Shown: piece by piece, positions 28,661 through 39,176 of the stretch | How the letters are laid out: every line of letters starts with the position of its first letter | How positions within the stretch are numbered: the first letter of the stretch is position 1 | Source: Candidatus Omnitrophota bacterium | GTDB taxonomy: Bacteria > Omnitrophota > Gorgyraeia > Aquiviventales > Aquiviventaceae | Length of the DNA stretch: 64,000 nt | Direction: 5' to 3' | Assembly (NCBI GenBank): GCA_023247255.1 | Contig: JAHFGV010000007.1 | Location: 6,602-70,601, forward strand | Made by a program: the position numbers and the translations under genes | The notes under the pieces: generated by a model | What the model saw: the letters and a program-made list of their open reading frames with translations, nothing else | What the model was told of the DNA's origin: nothing | Database searches by the model: none

Positions 28661-29587
28661 ATGCGTGTAATCTTTTTCGGAACAGGGGATTTTGCCGTGC
28701 CGATCCTGGAACGTCTGGTTGAAAATCATTATCCCATTGTTTTATGTGTGACCCAACCGGACCGTCCACAAGGGCGTGGACTTCAGACCGTCGCCTGTCC
28801 AGTCAAACAAGTCGCTTTGCGGCTCCAGCTACCCCTGGCCCAACCGGAGGGTTTGTCTTGCCAGCTCTGTGAAGATAGGCCGAGCGATATCGGAATCGCG
28901 GTTGATTATGGCCGACTGATTCCTGCGGATCTTCTCGATTTTCCGCAGCATGGAATTCTTGGGGTCCATCCGTCTCTCTTGCCAAAATACAGGGGTGCAT
29001 CCCCGATCCCCTGGTCCATTCTCCAGGGAGAAGAAAAAACAGGGGTGAGCATCTTTCGACTGGCCCAAGGGCTGGATGCAGGACCGATAGCCTCGCAGCA
29101 GACCATCGCCATCGAACCGGCGGAAGATGCTGCATCGCTAGCTAGGCGGTTGGCGATTCTAGGAGCCCAACAACTGTTGGGGGTCTTAGCACTTTTCTCA
29201 AAAGAATCTGTGAGTTGGTCCCCGCAGGATGACTCGCAGGCCAGCTACGCCCCCAAACTCACTAAGGAACAGGGACGAGTCGATTGGCGTCAGCCGGCTG
29301 TCTCTATCGAACGCCTGGTGCGCGCCATGAATCCTTGGCCTTGTGCCTACACAACGTGGAAGACGACTTTGCTGAAGATTTGGAAAGTGGAAGTGGCTAG
29401 CCACAGGGATGCGCCCCACAGCTTCTATCCCGGCACCGTGACGGCCGCTACTGCCCATGGAATCACCGTCATGACCGGAAAGGAAACGGTTATCCTAAAG
29501 GAAGTACAACCAGCGGGAAAACGACGCATGCATGCTCAAGAATTTCTCGCAGGCCATCCTGTCCAGGTAGGGGAACAATTAGTTTAG
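28661..29587 (+). CDS. fmt: Methionyl-tRNA formyltransferase
   Basis: FFGTGDFA, TQPDRP, HPSLLPKYRGASP, LDAG. Confidence 0.96.
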   Translation: MRVIFFGTGDFAVPILERLVENHYPIVLCVTQPDRPQGRGLQTVACPVKQVALRLQLPLAQPEGLSCQLCEDRPSDIGIAVDYGRLIPADLLDFPQHGILGVHPSLLPKYRGASPIPWSILQGEEKTGVSIFRLAQGLDAGPIASQQTIAIEPAEDAASLARRLAILGAQQLLGVLALFSKESVSWSPQDDSQASYAPKLTKEQGRVDWRQPAVSIERLVRAMNPWPCAYTTWKTTLLKIWKVEVASHRDAPHSFYPGTVTAATAHGITVMTGKETVILKEVQPAGKRRMHAQEFLAGHPVQVGEQLV

Positions 29588-29656
29588 TGACTAGTGAAAG
29601 GCAAAAGCTAAAAATACTTTTCTGGTTCTCATTAATCACTAGTCACGAGTCACTAA

Positions 29657-29767
29657 TACAAAGGAACTAAGTCGTGCAACCATTTCCCTCACCTGTTTCC
29701 TCTCCCCTGGGGGGAGAGGAAACAGGTGAGGGAGCGTTGGAATGACACAAAACTAATTTCTATTGTA
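29657..29767. mobile_element. MITE family E with a CCCTCACC..CCTCTCCC..GGGAGAGG..GGTGAGGG palindrome
   Basis: Inverted homologue at 57685-57796; flanks CTAA/TTAA; nested in a TCACTAG heptamer array. Confidence 0.82.
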
Positions 29768-29813
29768 TTAATCACTGCCTTTAGCACTGGTCACCGGTCA
29801 CTGTACTTAAACG

Positions 29814-30872
29814 ATGCCTGAATTACGCAAAGATCCCCTCATTGGGCGATGGGTCATCATTGCGACCGAGCGTGTCCGTCGTCCGGTTGATTTTCTCACC
29901 ACACAGGATGATTCATCGGTGTCGGAGGATTGTCCTTTCTGCGAAGGCCATGAAGCTTTGACCCCTAAGGAAATTTCTGCCATTCGCTCAGAAAATGATT
30001 TAACGGCACGACCTGGCTGGAAGGTCCGCGTGGTTCCCAGCATCATGCCCCTGCTACGCATTGAGGGAAAGCTAAACCGGCGGGCAAAGGGTATGTACGA
30101 CCTTATGGACGGAATCGGGGCTCACGAAATCATCGTTGAGAGCCCCCATCACATCGCCAATGCGGCAGAACTGCCGGTGGAACAATTTCATTGGGTCCTG
30201 CAGAGCGTCGTCGCACGGATGGTAGACTTGGAACGGGATTCCCGGTTTCGATACGCCCTGTGGTTTAAGAACTACGGTTCTGTCGCAGGTGCTGGCCGTA
30301 TCGCGCACGTTCGTTCCCAGATCATTGCCACTCCTGTAACCCCCAAACGGGTGAAAGAGGAACTCGTGGGCGCCCGGCGCTATTTCGAGGAAAAAGAGCG
30401 TTGCTTGCTTTGTGACCTCCTCATCCAAGAACGTGAACTGGGGGAGCGCATCGTAATGGAATCGGCCCATATGGTTGTCCTGTGCCCGTTCGCCTCTCGA
30501 TTTCCGTTTGAGATCTGGATATTTCCCAAACGCCATAGTTGCGATTTCGCCTCGATCCCATCCGAAGAACAAAAGGACCTAGCCAACGTTCTCAAACAAG
30601 TTCTGCTGCGTCTGAAATCTGCGTTGAACGATCCCCCGTACAATTACCTCCTTCATACCGCTCCTTTTCGCCATCATAACGGCAAGGTCGGACACTGGAA
30701 GACCATCGAAGCCGACTACCACTGGCACATCGAACTGATCCCTCGCCTGAGCCGGCTAGCAGGATTTGAATGGGGAAGCGGTTTTTACATCAACCCTACC
30801 CCACCCGAGGAGTCAGCCAAGTATTTACGGGAGCTGGTCATAGAACCTGAAATCACCACAAGTTACGCGTGA
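29814..30872 (+). CDS. GalT-family uridylyltransferase paralogue 1 (HxH motif reads HVR)
   Basis: ELRKDP, CPFC, GAHEIIVE, FKNYG..AG..HVRSQ, HWHIEL, AGFEWGSG. Confidence 0.9.
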   Translation: MPELRKDPLIGRWVIIATERVRRPVDFLTTQDDSSVSEDCPFCEGHEALTPKEISAIRSENDLTARPGWKVRVVPSIMPLLRIEGKLNRRAKGMYDLMDGIGAHEIIVESPHHIANAAELPVEQFHWVLQSVVARMVDLERDSRFRYALWFKNYGSVAGAGRIAHVRSQIIATPVTPKRVKEELVGARRYFEEKERCLLCDLLIQERELGERIVMESAHMVVLCPFASRFPFEIWIFPKRHSCDFASIPSEEQKDLANVLKQVLLRLKSALNDPPYNYLLHTAPFRHHNGKVGHWKTIEADYHWHIELIPRLSRLAGFEWGSGFYINPTPPEESAKYLRELVIEPEITTSYA

Positions 30873-30923
30873 TATGTCCTGAAAGCAGTCACACACTCTT
30901 TGAGGAGAATAACGGCCATTGCC

Positions 30924-32039
30924 ATGTCTGAGTTGCGACGGGATACTCTAACCGGCCGGTGGAATATCATCAACACCGACGATCCTTTAGGACCGGAGGC
31001 TTTCGATCGGGAATCGCATCGGATCGTGGGAAGCAAGTGCCCTTTTTGCCCAGCTCAGGAGCAATTCACTCCACCCGAAATCTACGCGATAAGGCCGACG
31101 CCAAACGCTGCGAATAAACCCGATTGGCTTCTGCGCGTCATTCCTAACAAGTTTCCAGCCTTGAAGATTGAGGGGGATTTAAACCGACGGGGCATGGGGA
31201 TCTTCGATCTGTGCCATGGCGTGGGCGCCCATGAAGTCATCATTGAAACGCCGGATCATGGACGTCAGATGGCTAACTTCAATTCTGAAGAAATCGCACG
31301 AGTCCTCATCGCCTTTAAGCTGCGTTTGCTCGACTTGCGGGGTGATCGTCGACTGAAATATTCGCTGATTTTCAAAAACTTCGGGCTTTCCGCGGGGGCA
31401 TCTCTGGAACATGCCCATTCGCAGCTTATCGCCCTTCCCATCATTCCTAAACGCGTTCAGGAAGAACTTCACGGGGCAGAACGTTATTTCGAGTTCCGGG
31501 AGCGATGCGCCTTTTGCGACATGCTCCATCAAGAACTTCAGGAATCCGAGCGTCTGGTAGCAGAAAACCGCCTCTTCGTCGCATACTGTCCGTTTGTTTC
31601 CAGCTTCCCGTTTGAGGTTTGGATTCTGCCCAGGGAACACCATTCTGATTTTGCCCAGATCACAAACGAGGAAATCGAGGATTTCGGCCGCCTTTTAGTA
31701 GAAACCCTGGGACGTTTGCATCGGGCACTCTTTAACCCTTCCTACAATTTCATCATCCATACCATTCCGATGGAAAGACGCGATCATGAGGAATATCACT
31801 GGCACCTGGAATTGATTCCGAAACTCACAAAGGTGGCAGGATTCGAATGGGGAACCGGTTTTTACATCAACCCCACCCCACCGGAGCTTGCAGCGCAAGT
31901 GTTACGGAATGTGTCCGGAAGTCCGATTCCTTGTGTGGGAGAGAGTAAGACAGCAGAGAGTAAGAAAGGAATGGTAGAAAGTGCCATCCAGCCATCGAAC
32001 AGTCTACCCCGCCAGGCACAACAAGAGGGGGGTAGCTAA
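30924..32039 (+). CDS. galT: Galactose-1-phosphate uridylyltransferase paralogue 2
   Basis: CPFC, PNKFPAL, AGASLEHAHSQ intact, AGFEWGTG. Confidence 0.92.
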   Translation: MSELRRDTLTGRWNIINTDDPLGPEAFDRESHRIVGSKCPFCPAQEQFTPPEIYAIRPTPNAANKPDWLLRVIPNKFPALKIEGDLNRRGMGIFDLCHGVGAHEVIIETPDHGRQMANFNSEEIARVLIAFKLRLLDLRGDRRLKYSLIFKNFGLSAGASLEHAHSQLIALPIIPKRVQEELHGAERYFEFRERCAFCDMLHQELQESERLVAENRLFVAYCPFVSSFPFEVWILPREHHSDFAQITNEEIEDFGRLLVETLGRLHRALFNPSYNFIIHTIPMERRDHEEYHWHLELIPKLTKVAGFEWGTGFYINPTPPELAAQVLRNVSGSPIPCVGESKTAESKKGMVESAIQPSNSLPRQAQQEGGS

Positions 32040-32055
32040 CTCATGCAACAGTCGA

Positions 32056-33672
32056 TCACTTTGTCTGCCGAGTCTCCCAGGACTTGACGTGAAACGAGTC
32101 TACTTGCCGGCCTTGCCCATCTATACCAAGATAGCGCAGACGCTCATCGAAATGAATCGCTACCGTGTTGGCAGCTTCCCCATGAACCCGTAAAGAGCCT
32201 CCAGAAACAAATCCCCCATAGTACGTGGCATCGGCTGGCCCGCCGGAACCCTCTCCGCGTGTGATATCCAGATCTCCAGACTCCACGTAGACAGAGCCAT
32301 AGAATGGCCTGACCTGGCGAAGGGCACTATCTGAAAGGGTGCCGCAGGGAGCAGTGGTGCAAGTCACATAGACCTGAAAACTCGCGGGTTTATTATTTGC
32401 GGTATCTACCCAGGCTCCGTTTCCTTCAAAGTCAAATCCGGTATCCCTCATATAGATTTTGCTGACCCATGGTGTAACGGGGGTAGCGTCCCTCCGTACG
32501 ATTTGTCCAGCCATGTTAATGTCCAGGTTCTGTGTTGCTTGGCTTCCTCCCGTATTATCCACCAATAAGTTGCAATTATCCCACATCGCAAAAGTTCCTC
32601 GAATATCGAGGGACTTGACTTTGGTATCTCCGATGCAGTTCCACGTTCGGCCGGCAGGAATCGTGCAATTGCCAGCAACACACGTGCATGTGACTCCACA
32701 CCCTACCGGAGCGCTGGAATAGCCCATTCCCAAAAGACCTGCGGGAATCTGAATGTGTGGAAGGTTAGCCGTTTGTTGAAGTTGAACACCACCCGTGAGT
32801 CGGGAACTAGGCATGGGATCTGGGTCGATCTGAGTACCGGGGGTGACAAATCCTTTGCCTTTGACTACACCGGATGCGCTCGAAATCCGAAAACCCACCT
32901 GGCCGACTGGAGGATTTATCGCATTGGTACCTACATGGCCGGTTTCGAGTTGATTCCCGGGCCCATAGTTCCCAACGCGATTATCGTAGCTATCGATCGT
33001 AACCTGGTTGTCAATCCAAAGGTAGTCATCGGCATAGGCGGCATAGCGAAAATCCGTAGGATCAAGCTCTAAGACGACACGGCTGACAAAGATACTCGTT
33101 GAAGAAGCCATGGAGGGGATATAGCCGGTTCCAGTAATAGACGGTTGAGGATTACTGAGATCAACCACTTCAATGGTGTAATCCCCCACCACCTGTTCAC
33201 TACCATCTCCTGCGCTAACGCCCAGAATTGTCTTCTGCGTATCTGGCCAGCCGAGTGGAGTGTCCAGCGGCCCAGGCCCTGAAGGTGGAACCCACCCATG
33301 CTGAGAGTGGAAGGGATACTCGATCGCCTGTGTTGCATCCGAATTTAGGGGCGGAATCTTATCAATATCTCCATCTTGATCGAGATCTGCAAGGGCTGGT
33401 CCAGGAGGCACTGTGTTCGGTGCATACAGATTAACCAGATCGTACAATCCATGATTGGCGTACCAAAGACCTTCATTGGCAGCCGCTTCCGAAAGGTTAT
33501 AAGCCTGCTGGTTCTGGAAGATTCGATTTTGGATGAGGAGGTTTTGTTTGATCATGGGATAGTAACTGGCCACCAGGATCAGGGAAAGCGCCAGACCCGT
33601 CAGACTCCAGAGTAATAGGGCTCCCCCATGTCGATTACGTAATCGTTGGATCATGTGTCTGGGCTTCTTCAT
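32056..33672 (-). CDS. PilX-like minor pilin with large C-terminal putative adhesin domain
   Basis: RHGG|ALLLWSL class III leader without E5; QAYNLSEAA; IDSYD, HFDERL..SWE. Confidence 0.75.
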   Translation of the reverse strand: MKKPRHMIQRLRNRHGGALLLWSLTGLALSLILVASYYPMIKQNLLIQNRIFQNQQAYNLSEAAANEGLWYANHGLYDLVNLYAPNTVPPGPALADLDQDGDIDKIPPLNSDATQAIEYPFHSQHGWVPPSGPGPLDTPLGWPDTQKTILGVSAGDGSEQVVGDYTIEVVDLSNPQPSITGTGYIPSMASSTSIFVSRVVLELDPTDFRYAAYADDYLWIDNQVTIDSYDNRVGNYGPGNQLETGHVGTNAINPPVGQVGFRISSASGVVKGKGFVTPGTQIDPDPMPSSRLTGGVQLQQTANLPHIQIPAGLLGMGYSSAPVGCGVTCTCVAGNCTIPAGRTWNCIGDTKVKSLDIRGTFAMWDNCNLLVDNTGGSQATQNLDINMAGQIVRRDATPVTPWVSKIYMRDTGFDFEGNGAWVDTANNKPASFQVYVTCTTAPCGTLSDSALRQVRPFYGSVYVESGDLDITRGEGSGGPADATYYGGFVSGGSLRVHGEAANTVAIHFDERLRYLGIDGQGRQVDSFHVKSWETRQTK

Positions 33673-33699
33673 TTACTCCCCACCTCTACCCAATGATCC

Positions 33700-33810
33700 C
33701 CGGGTGCTCTGGTGCTCAATATGGCTTACAAATCTGGTATCCCTCATCGGTACTGCAAGCTCGCCGCGATTCACGTCCCCATTGGAGTATGAGTTATCCA
33801 GAGCACCAAG
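33700..33810. mobile_element. 111-bp MITE with 8-bp target duplication
   Basis: AATGATCC at 33692-33699 and 33811-33818; TIR core GGTGCTCTGG/CCAGAGCACC. Confidence 0.72.
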
Positions 33811-33849
33811 AATGATCCTTGTGTCGATCTAAATTCCGCCTCGCGGAGT

Positions 33850-34527
33850 TTAGGGTGCGGTATTCCGGTAAACCGCACGGGTGGTTAGACTCGCAGGATA
33901 GGCTACGCGCTGCTCCGTCCGTGTCCGAGTCAATGTGATGTCGAGAATCTGATCCAAAGCTGCTGATGCGGGAAGTCCGGATGGAGCACTAAAGGAAATG
34001 GCTGTAACATCATTGGCAATCACGCGGTTAGGATTTTCGTCGTTGCGCGCGCTGGTTGCATTGGCAGAAGCGATGACTCGTGAAAGCTGGCGCGTTGCCG
34101 GATCGTACGTGTAGACGATGTGATCAAACAGCGTTGTCGCATTCAAGACATTACCATTCTCATCAATCGAAGGAAGCCGCAAAATCCACGTCGCGGCTCC
34201 ATCCGCACCCCCCCCAAGCGCATCTTGGATATAGGACGAAAATAACGCTGGGGCATCGACCGACTGTCGAACGTCGCTTGCAAGTTGCTGGAGGGATTGA
34301 TTCAGACTCATCTGGTTCGTGGCTTGGGCATTCACCGTATTAAACCCACTAGAAATTCCTGAAAGAAGCACGAAAATAGATCCGCTCAGCAACACTACTA
34401 AGACTGTACTCAGGGATAGTTCAATGATAGTCATTCCATCCTGATGGAGGAAATGACGGGGTTGTGGTCGCTGGAGTAGCTTCATAGGCAACCGCTCATT
34501 TTCCAACACGATTCTGGGATACATCAT
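33850..34527 (-). CDS. PilW/PulJ-like minor pilin
   Basis: QDG|MTIIELS prepilin motif, hydrophobic helix, DVRQS, C-terminal RN. Confidence 0.8.
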   Translation of the reverse strand: MMYPRIVLENERLPMKLLQRPQPRHFLHQDGMTIIELSLSTVLVVLLSGSIFVLLSGISSGFNTVNAQATNQMSLNQSLQQLASDVRQSVDAPALFSSYIQDALGGGADGAATWILRLPSIDENGNVLNATTLFDHIVYTYDPATRQLSRVIASANATSARNDENPNRVIANDVTAISFSAPSGLPASAALDQILDITLTRTRTEQRVAYPASLTTRAVYRNTAP

Positions 34528-35018
34528 GATGGGGTCTTGTCAAAACTTTTATCGGTAACGAGCGTGACCAGACGATAGGAGCGAAAGTTCCCGGCATTCC
34601 CTGCAGCTACCGAATCAGCCAAGTCTACAACCACGGTGACTAATTTCACCTGAGGGACACCCACAGAGCGATCCTGGACAAAGATTCGCTCCCGAATCCA
34701 GGGAACATTGAAAAGCTCCGCAGGATCCCCTGCAGTCGGCAACTGGGTTGAAAGTGCAGGCATTGCGCTTACCACATCGTAGCCGTCATAACGACTGATC
34801 CGCTCCATGATGTGCATGGCCCATGCCTGAGCGACCTGATCTGACCGACCTCGCGTTAGGGTGGAAATGTCTCGGCTGATGACCATGCTTAGGCTGGTGA
34901 TCCCGATTCCAACCACTGCCCAGGTAACCAATAACTCCAGAAAAGTAAATCCCTTATTTTTCCACCGCTCCCTAGAGGCCTGGTTCTTCATGGGAAGCTT
35001 CCCTTGTATGTTAGGCAT
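34524..35018 (-). CDS. PilV/PulI-like minor pilin
   Basis: NKG|FTFLELLV prepilin motif; KLVTVVV. Confidence 0.8.
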   Translation of the reverse strand: MPNIQGKLPMKNQASRERWKNKGFTFLELLVTWAVVGIGITSLSMVISRDISTLTRGRSDQVAQAWAMHIMERISRYDGYDVVSAMPALSTQLPTAGDPAELFNVPWIRERIFVQDRSVGVPQVKLVTVVVDLADSVAAGNAGNFRSYRLVTLVTDKSFDKTPS

Positions 35019-35043
35019 ATCCCCGCCAGCGTCGTGAATTTAG

Positions 35044-35091
35044 AAACAAAAACCGGGTTACCGAACGCTCGCGCTCCCTTCGGCAACCCGG
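35044..35091 (-). terminator. Intrinsic terminator (riboswitch expression platform)
   Basis: CCGGGTTGCCGAA-loop-TTCGGTAACCCGG followed by TTTTTGTTT on the minus strand. Confidence 0.8.
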
Positions 35092-35227
35092 CAGTCCTGT
35101 GTCCATCCTTCGGCAACCCGGCAGTCCTTCACACAGGACCCGCGGCTTTCCTCCGCCAATAAGAGCGGCGGACCCGCCTCTGATTCCAGCGGGGGCCCCA
35201 CCTTACGATGGGTGTGGCTTTATCGAG
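35079..35227 (-). ncRNA. GEMM-I / cyclic di-GMP-I class riboswitch with insertion and duplicated 3' strand
   Basis: Minus strand: TCGATAAAGCCACACC-CATC-GTAA-GGTG-GG-GCC-[42 nt]-GGAAAGCCGCGGGTCC..GGACTGCCGGGTTGCCGAA; GNRA loop; upstream of pilin genes. Confidence 0.82.
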
Positions 35228-35320
35228 TGACGCGTTTTTTGATAAGCTCAAATTTTGTAGTTGATTGTCTTAAGTATACCTCAGACATCACTGGTACTGT
35301 CAAGGTACTGTCAAGGGTGT

Positions 35321-35349
35321 TTGACGCAGGCGTCCTTTCCAACGTATAA
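35321..35349 (+). promoter_or_regulatory. gap operon promoter whose -10 box was the target of MITE A
   Basis: TTGACG(35321)-N18-TATAA(C); removing the MITE restores TATAAT. Confidence 0.55.
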
Positions 35350-36665
<1,316 letters not shown>

Positions 36666-36666
36666 G

Positions 36667-37872
36667 ATGAAACAGACGGTCAGGGATGTCGAGCTGCTCG
36701 GAAAGCGCGTATTGATACGGGTTGACTTTAATGTGCCCCTCGACAAAGCGACGGGGCAGATTACCGATGATACGCGCATCAAAGAAAGCCTGCCCACTAT
36801 CCGTTTTTGCCTGGATCAAGGAGCATCCGTAGTGCTCATGAGTCACCTCGGTCGTCCGGATGGAAAGCGCATTTCTTCCTTGTCTCTTAGAATCGTCGCT
36901 GTGCGGCTCAGTGAATTGCTCGGCCGAATGGTGATTTTCCTGGAGGACTGTGTGGGAACTGAGGTGGAAACACGTCTGAAGGCGCTGCCATCCGGTGAGG
37001 TCGCCCTGTTGGAAAATCTTCGCTTCCATCCTGAAGAAGAACAGAATGATCCTGCATTTTCCGCCCAACTGGCGAGAATGGGCGAGTTGTATGTCAACGA
37101 TGCCTTCGGAACGGCCCACCGAGCGCATGCCTCAACAGAAGGCCTGGCGCGGAAGCTTCCTGCCGTTGCCGGATTTCTGATGGAGAAAGAAATCCAATAT
37201 CTTGAAGAAGCCCTGGCGAATCCCACACGACCTTTTGTAGCAATCTTGGGTGGAGCCAAAGTTTCCGATAAAATCGGCGTGCTCCAGCGACTGCTCGAAC
37301 GGGTGGATCGAGTGTTGATTGGTGGGGGTATGGCCTACACTTTCTTGAAGGCCCAAGGCCATGCCATAGGTTCTTCCAAGCTTGAAGCGGATAAGGTGGA
37401 GTTGGCCAAACAGATCCTGGCCAATGCTCAAAGACGTCCGGTGAATTTGCTCTTGCCATCGGACCATCGAATCACCGCATCCCTAGATACTGACAGCCCC
37501 GTGAAAATAACCGGAACCATCGATATTCCGGAAGGCTGGCTCGGCGCAGACATCGGACCGCGCACGATCGAAGCATTCACAAGCGCACTTGCCGATGCCA
37601 AGACCGTCATCTGGAATGGACCGGTGGGTGTGTTTGAACAGCCTCGTTTTTGCGAAGGCAGCCGGAAGATCGCCCAAACGCTGTCTCAGTTGAAAGGAGC
37701 CACCACGATCATTGGAGGAGGGGATACGGCTGCCTGCGTTCAACAACTTCAGTTGGCTGATCGCATGAGCCATGTCTCCACGGGTGGTGGGGCGTCGCTT
37801 GAGTTTCTGGAAGGCAAAGTGCTGCCAGGCATTGCCATCCTGCGTGATCGACCGCTCAATCTTGCGAAGTAA
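36667..37872 (+). CDS. pgk: Phosphoglycerate kinase
   Basis: RVDFNVP, SHLGRP, NDAFGTAHR, STGGGASLEFLEG. Confidence 0.98.
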   Translation: MKQTVRDVELLGKRVLIRVDFNVPLDKATGQITDDTRIKESLPTIRFCLDQGASVVLMSHLGRPDGKRISSLSLRIVAVRLSELLGRMVIFLEDCVGTEVETRLKALPSGEVALLENLRFHPEEEQNDPAFSAQLARMGELYVNDAFGTAHRAHASTEGLARKLPAVAGFLMEKEIQYLEEALANPTRPFVAILGGAKVSDKIGVLQRLLERVDRVLIGGGMAYTFLKAQGHAIGSSKLEADKVELAKQILANAQRRPVNLLLPSDHRITASLDTDSPVKITGTIDIPEGWLGADIGPRTIEAFTSALADAKTVIWNGPVGVFEQPRFCEGSRKIAQTLSQLKGATTIIGGGDTAACVQQLQLADRMSHVSTGGGASLEFLEGKVLPGIAILRDRPLNLAK

Positions 37873-37874
37873 AG

Positions 37875-38648
37875 ATGAGAAAACCGGTCATTGCAGGCAA
37901 TTGGAAAATGCATCTTGGCCTCAAGGAAGCCGAGCAGCTGGTGCACCAGTTGAAAAATAGCTGTGACACCGAGGAAATCGAGGTAGCGGTCTGTCCTGCG
38001 TTTACAGCCTTGTTTTCTGTGGCTCGGGTTCTGAAAGATTCAAAGATCGGTATCGGGGCTCAGGATGTGTTTTGGGAGGATCAAGGGGCCTTCACTGGAG
38101 AGATTTCTCCAGGGATGCTGCTCGACGTCGGCTGTCGATATGTCATCATTGGCCATTCGGAGCGTCGATTGCATCTGGGGGAATCCGATCTTATGGTGCA
38201 CCGAAAACTTCTTGCCTCACTCAAACACAAGCTCATCCCCATCCTCTGCATTGGAGAGACCCTGCTCGAACGAGAGGCCAACCGGACCTTCGACGTCCTC
38301 ACGCGGCAACTGGAAGCAGCGTTTGGCGGCTGTTCTTTAACCGATGGTCTAGAGCTCATCATTGCTTACGAACCGGTGTGGGCAATCGGAACCGGGTGGA
38401 ATGCCAGCCCCCAACAGGCCCAGGAGGCTCATCGGTTTATCCGGCGGTGGATTTCAGAGCACTTGGGTACAGCCGTAGCGGCATCGATCCGCATCCAATA
38501 CGGTGGCAGCGTGAATGCAGCCAATGCCGCAAGCCTTCTCCAACAATCACAGGTGGATGGTGCCCTCGTCGGTGGAGCGAGTCTTAAGGCGGAAGCCTTT
38601 GCACAAATCGTGAAAGCCGCCCTGGATACAAAAACCATTGCCCGATGA
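37875..38648 (+). CDS. tpiA: Triosephosphate isomerase
   Basis: AGNWKM, GHSERR, AYEPVWAIGTG, YGGSV, LVGGASL. Confidence 0.98.
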   Translation: MRKPVIAGNWKMHLGLKEAEQLVHQLKNSCDTEEIEVAVCPAFTALFSVARVLKDSKIGIGAQDVFWEDQGAFTGEISPGMLLDVGCRYVIIGHSERRLHLGESDLMVHRKLLASLKHKLIPILCIGETLLEREANRTFDVLTRQLEAAFGGCSLTDGLELIIAYEPVWAIGTGWNASPQQAQEAHRFIRRWISEHLGTAVAASIRIQYGGSVNAANAASLLQQSQVDGALVGGASLKAEAFAQIVKAALDTKTIAR

Positions 38649-38738
38649 TAGTCGTAGGTGGTTCTTGATTGTCGATTGAGGCTCGCCACTGTCCATTCAT
38701 TGGGCGAACCTCAATAGCAACGGGAGGATATCAACAGC

Positions 38739-39176
38739 ATGGTATATGGACTTGTATTGATCGTTCATGTGACGGCTTGTCTTTTGCTGATCGCTATCGT
38801 CCTGGTGCAGGGAGGTCGTGGCGGGCTGGCAGACAGCTTGAGTGGAGGCATGACTCAGTCTTTGTTCGGGGGCACAGCCAATACGGTCATGACCAAGGTG
38901 ACGGCTATCGGCAGTGGGATATTTATGGTCACTTGTCTGACCCTGGCTATGCTCTCCACGGCTAGAGGTCGCTCCGTAATGGAACAGATTCCCACGTCCT
39001 TGCCGGGTGTCCATCTTCCGGGACCGGAAAGCGCTGTTCCGTCGGCGATACCGACACCGTCAACGTCCCAGACGCCTTCGGCCTTGGAGTCCGCACAAGA
39101 CTCCACGACATCAGCCGTGGGCGACCCCGCCATTGCACCACGGCCGAAGGTTTTGGGCGATACGGCAGTGCAGTAG
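38739..39176 (+). CDS. secG: Preprotein translocase subunit SecG
   Basis: Two TMs, VLVQGGRGG..FGG; directly after tpiA. Confidence 0.92.
   Translation: MVYGLVLIVHVTACLLLIAIVLVQGGRGGLADSLSGGMTQSLFGGTANTVMTKVTAIGSGIFMVTCLTLAMLSTARGRSVMEQIPTSLPGVHLPGPESAVPSAIPTPSTSQTPSALESAQDSTTSAVGDPAIAPRPKVLGDTAVQ

Noticed and set aside
35077-35128. Direct repeats and CATG arrays as a CRISPR array
   Set aside because: Only two 22-bp copies with an 8-bp gap; the heptamer arrays have no unique spacers; no cas genes
35218-35221. cGAMP-selective GEMM-Ib assignment
   Set aside because: The base immediately before the P2 CC-ACA-CC aligns as G, not A
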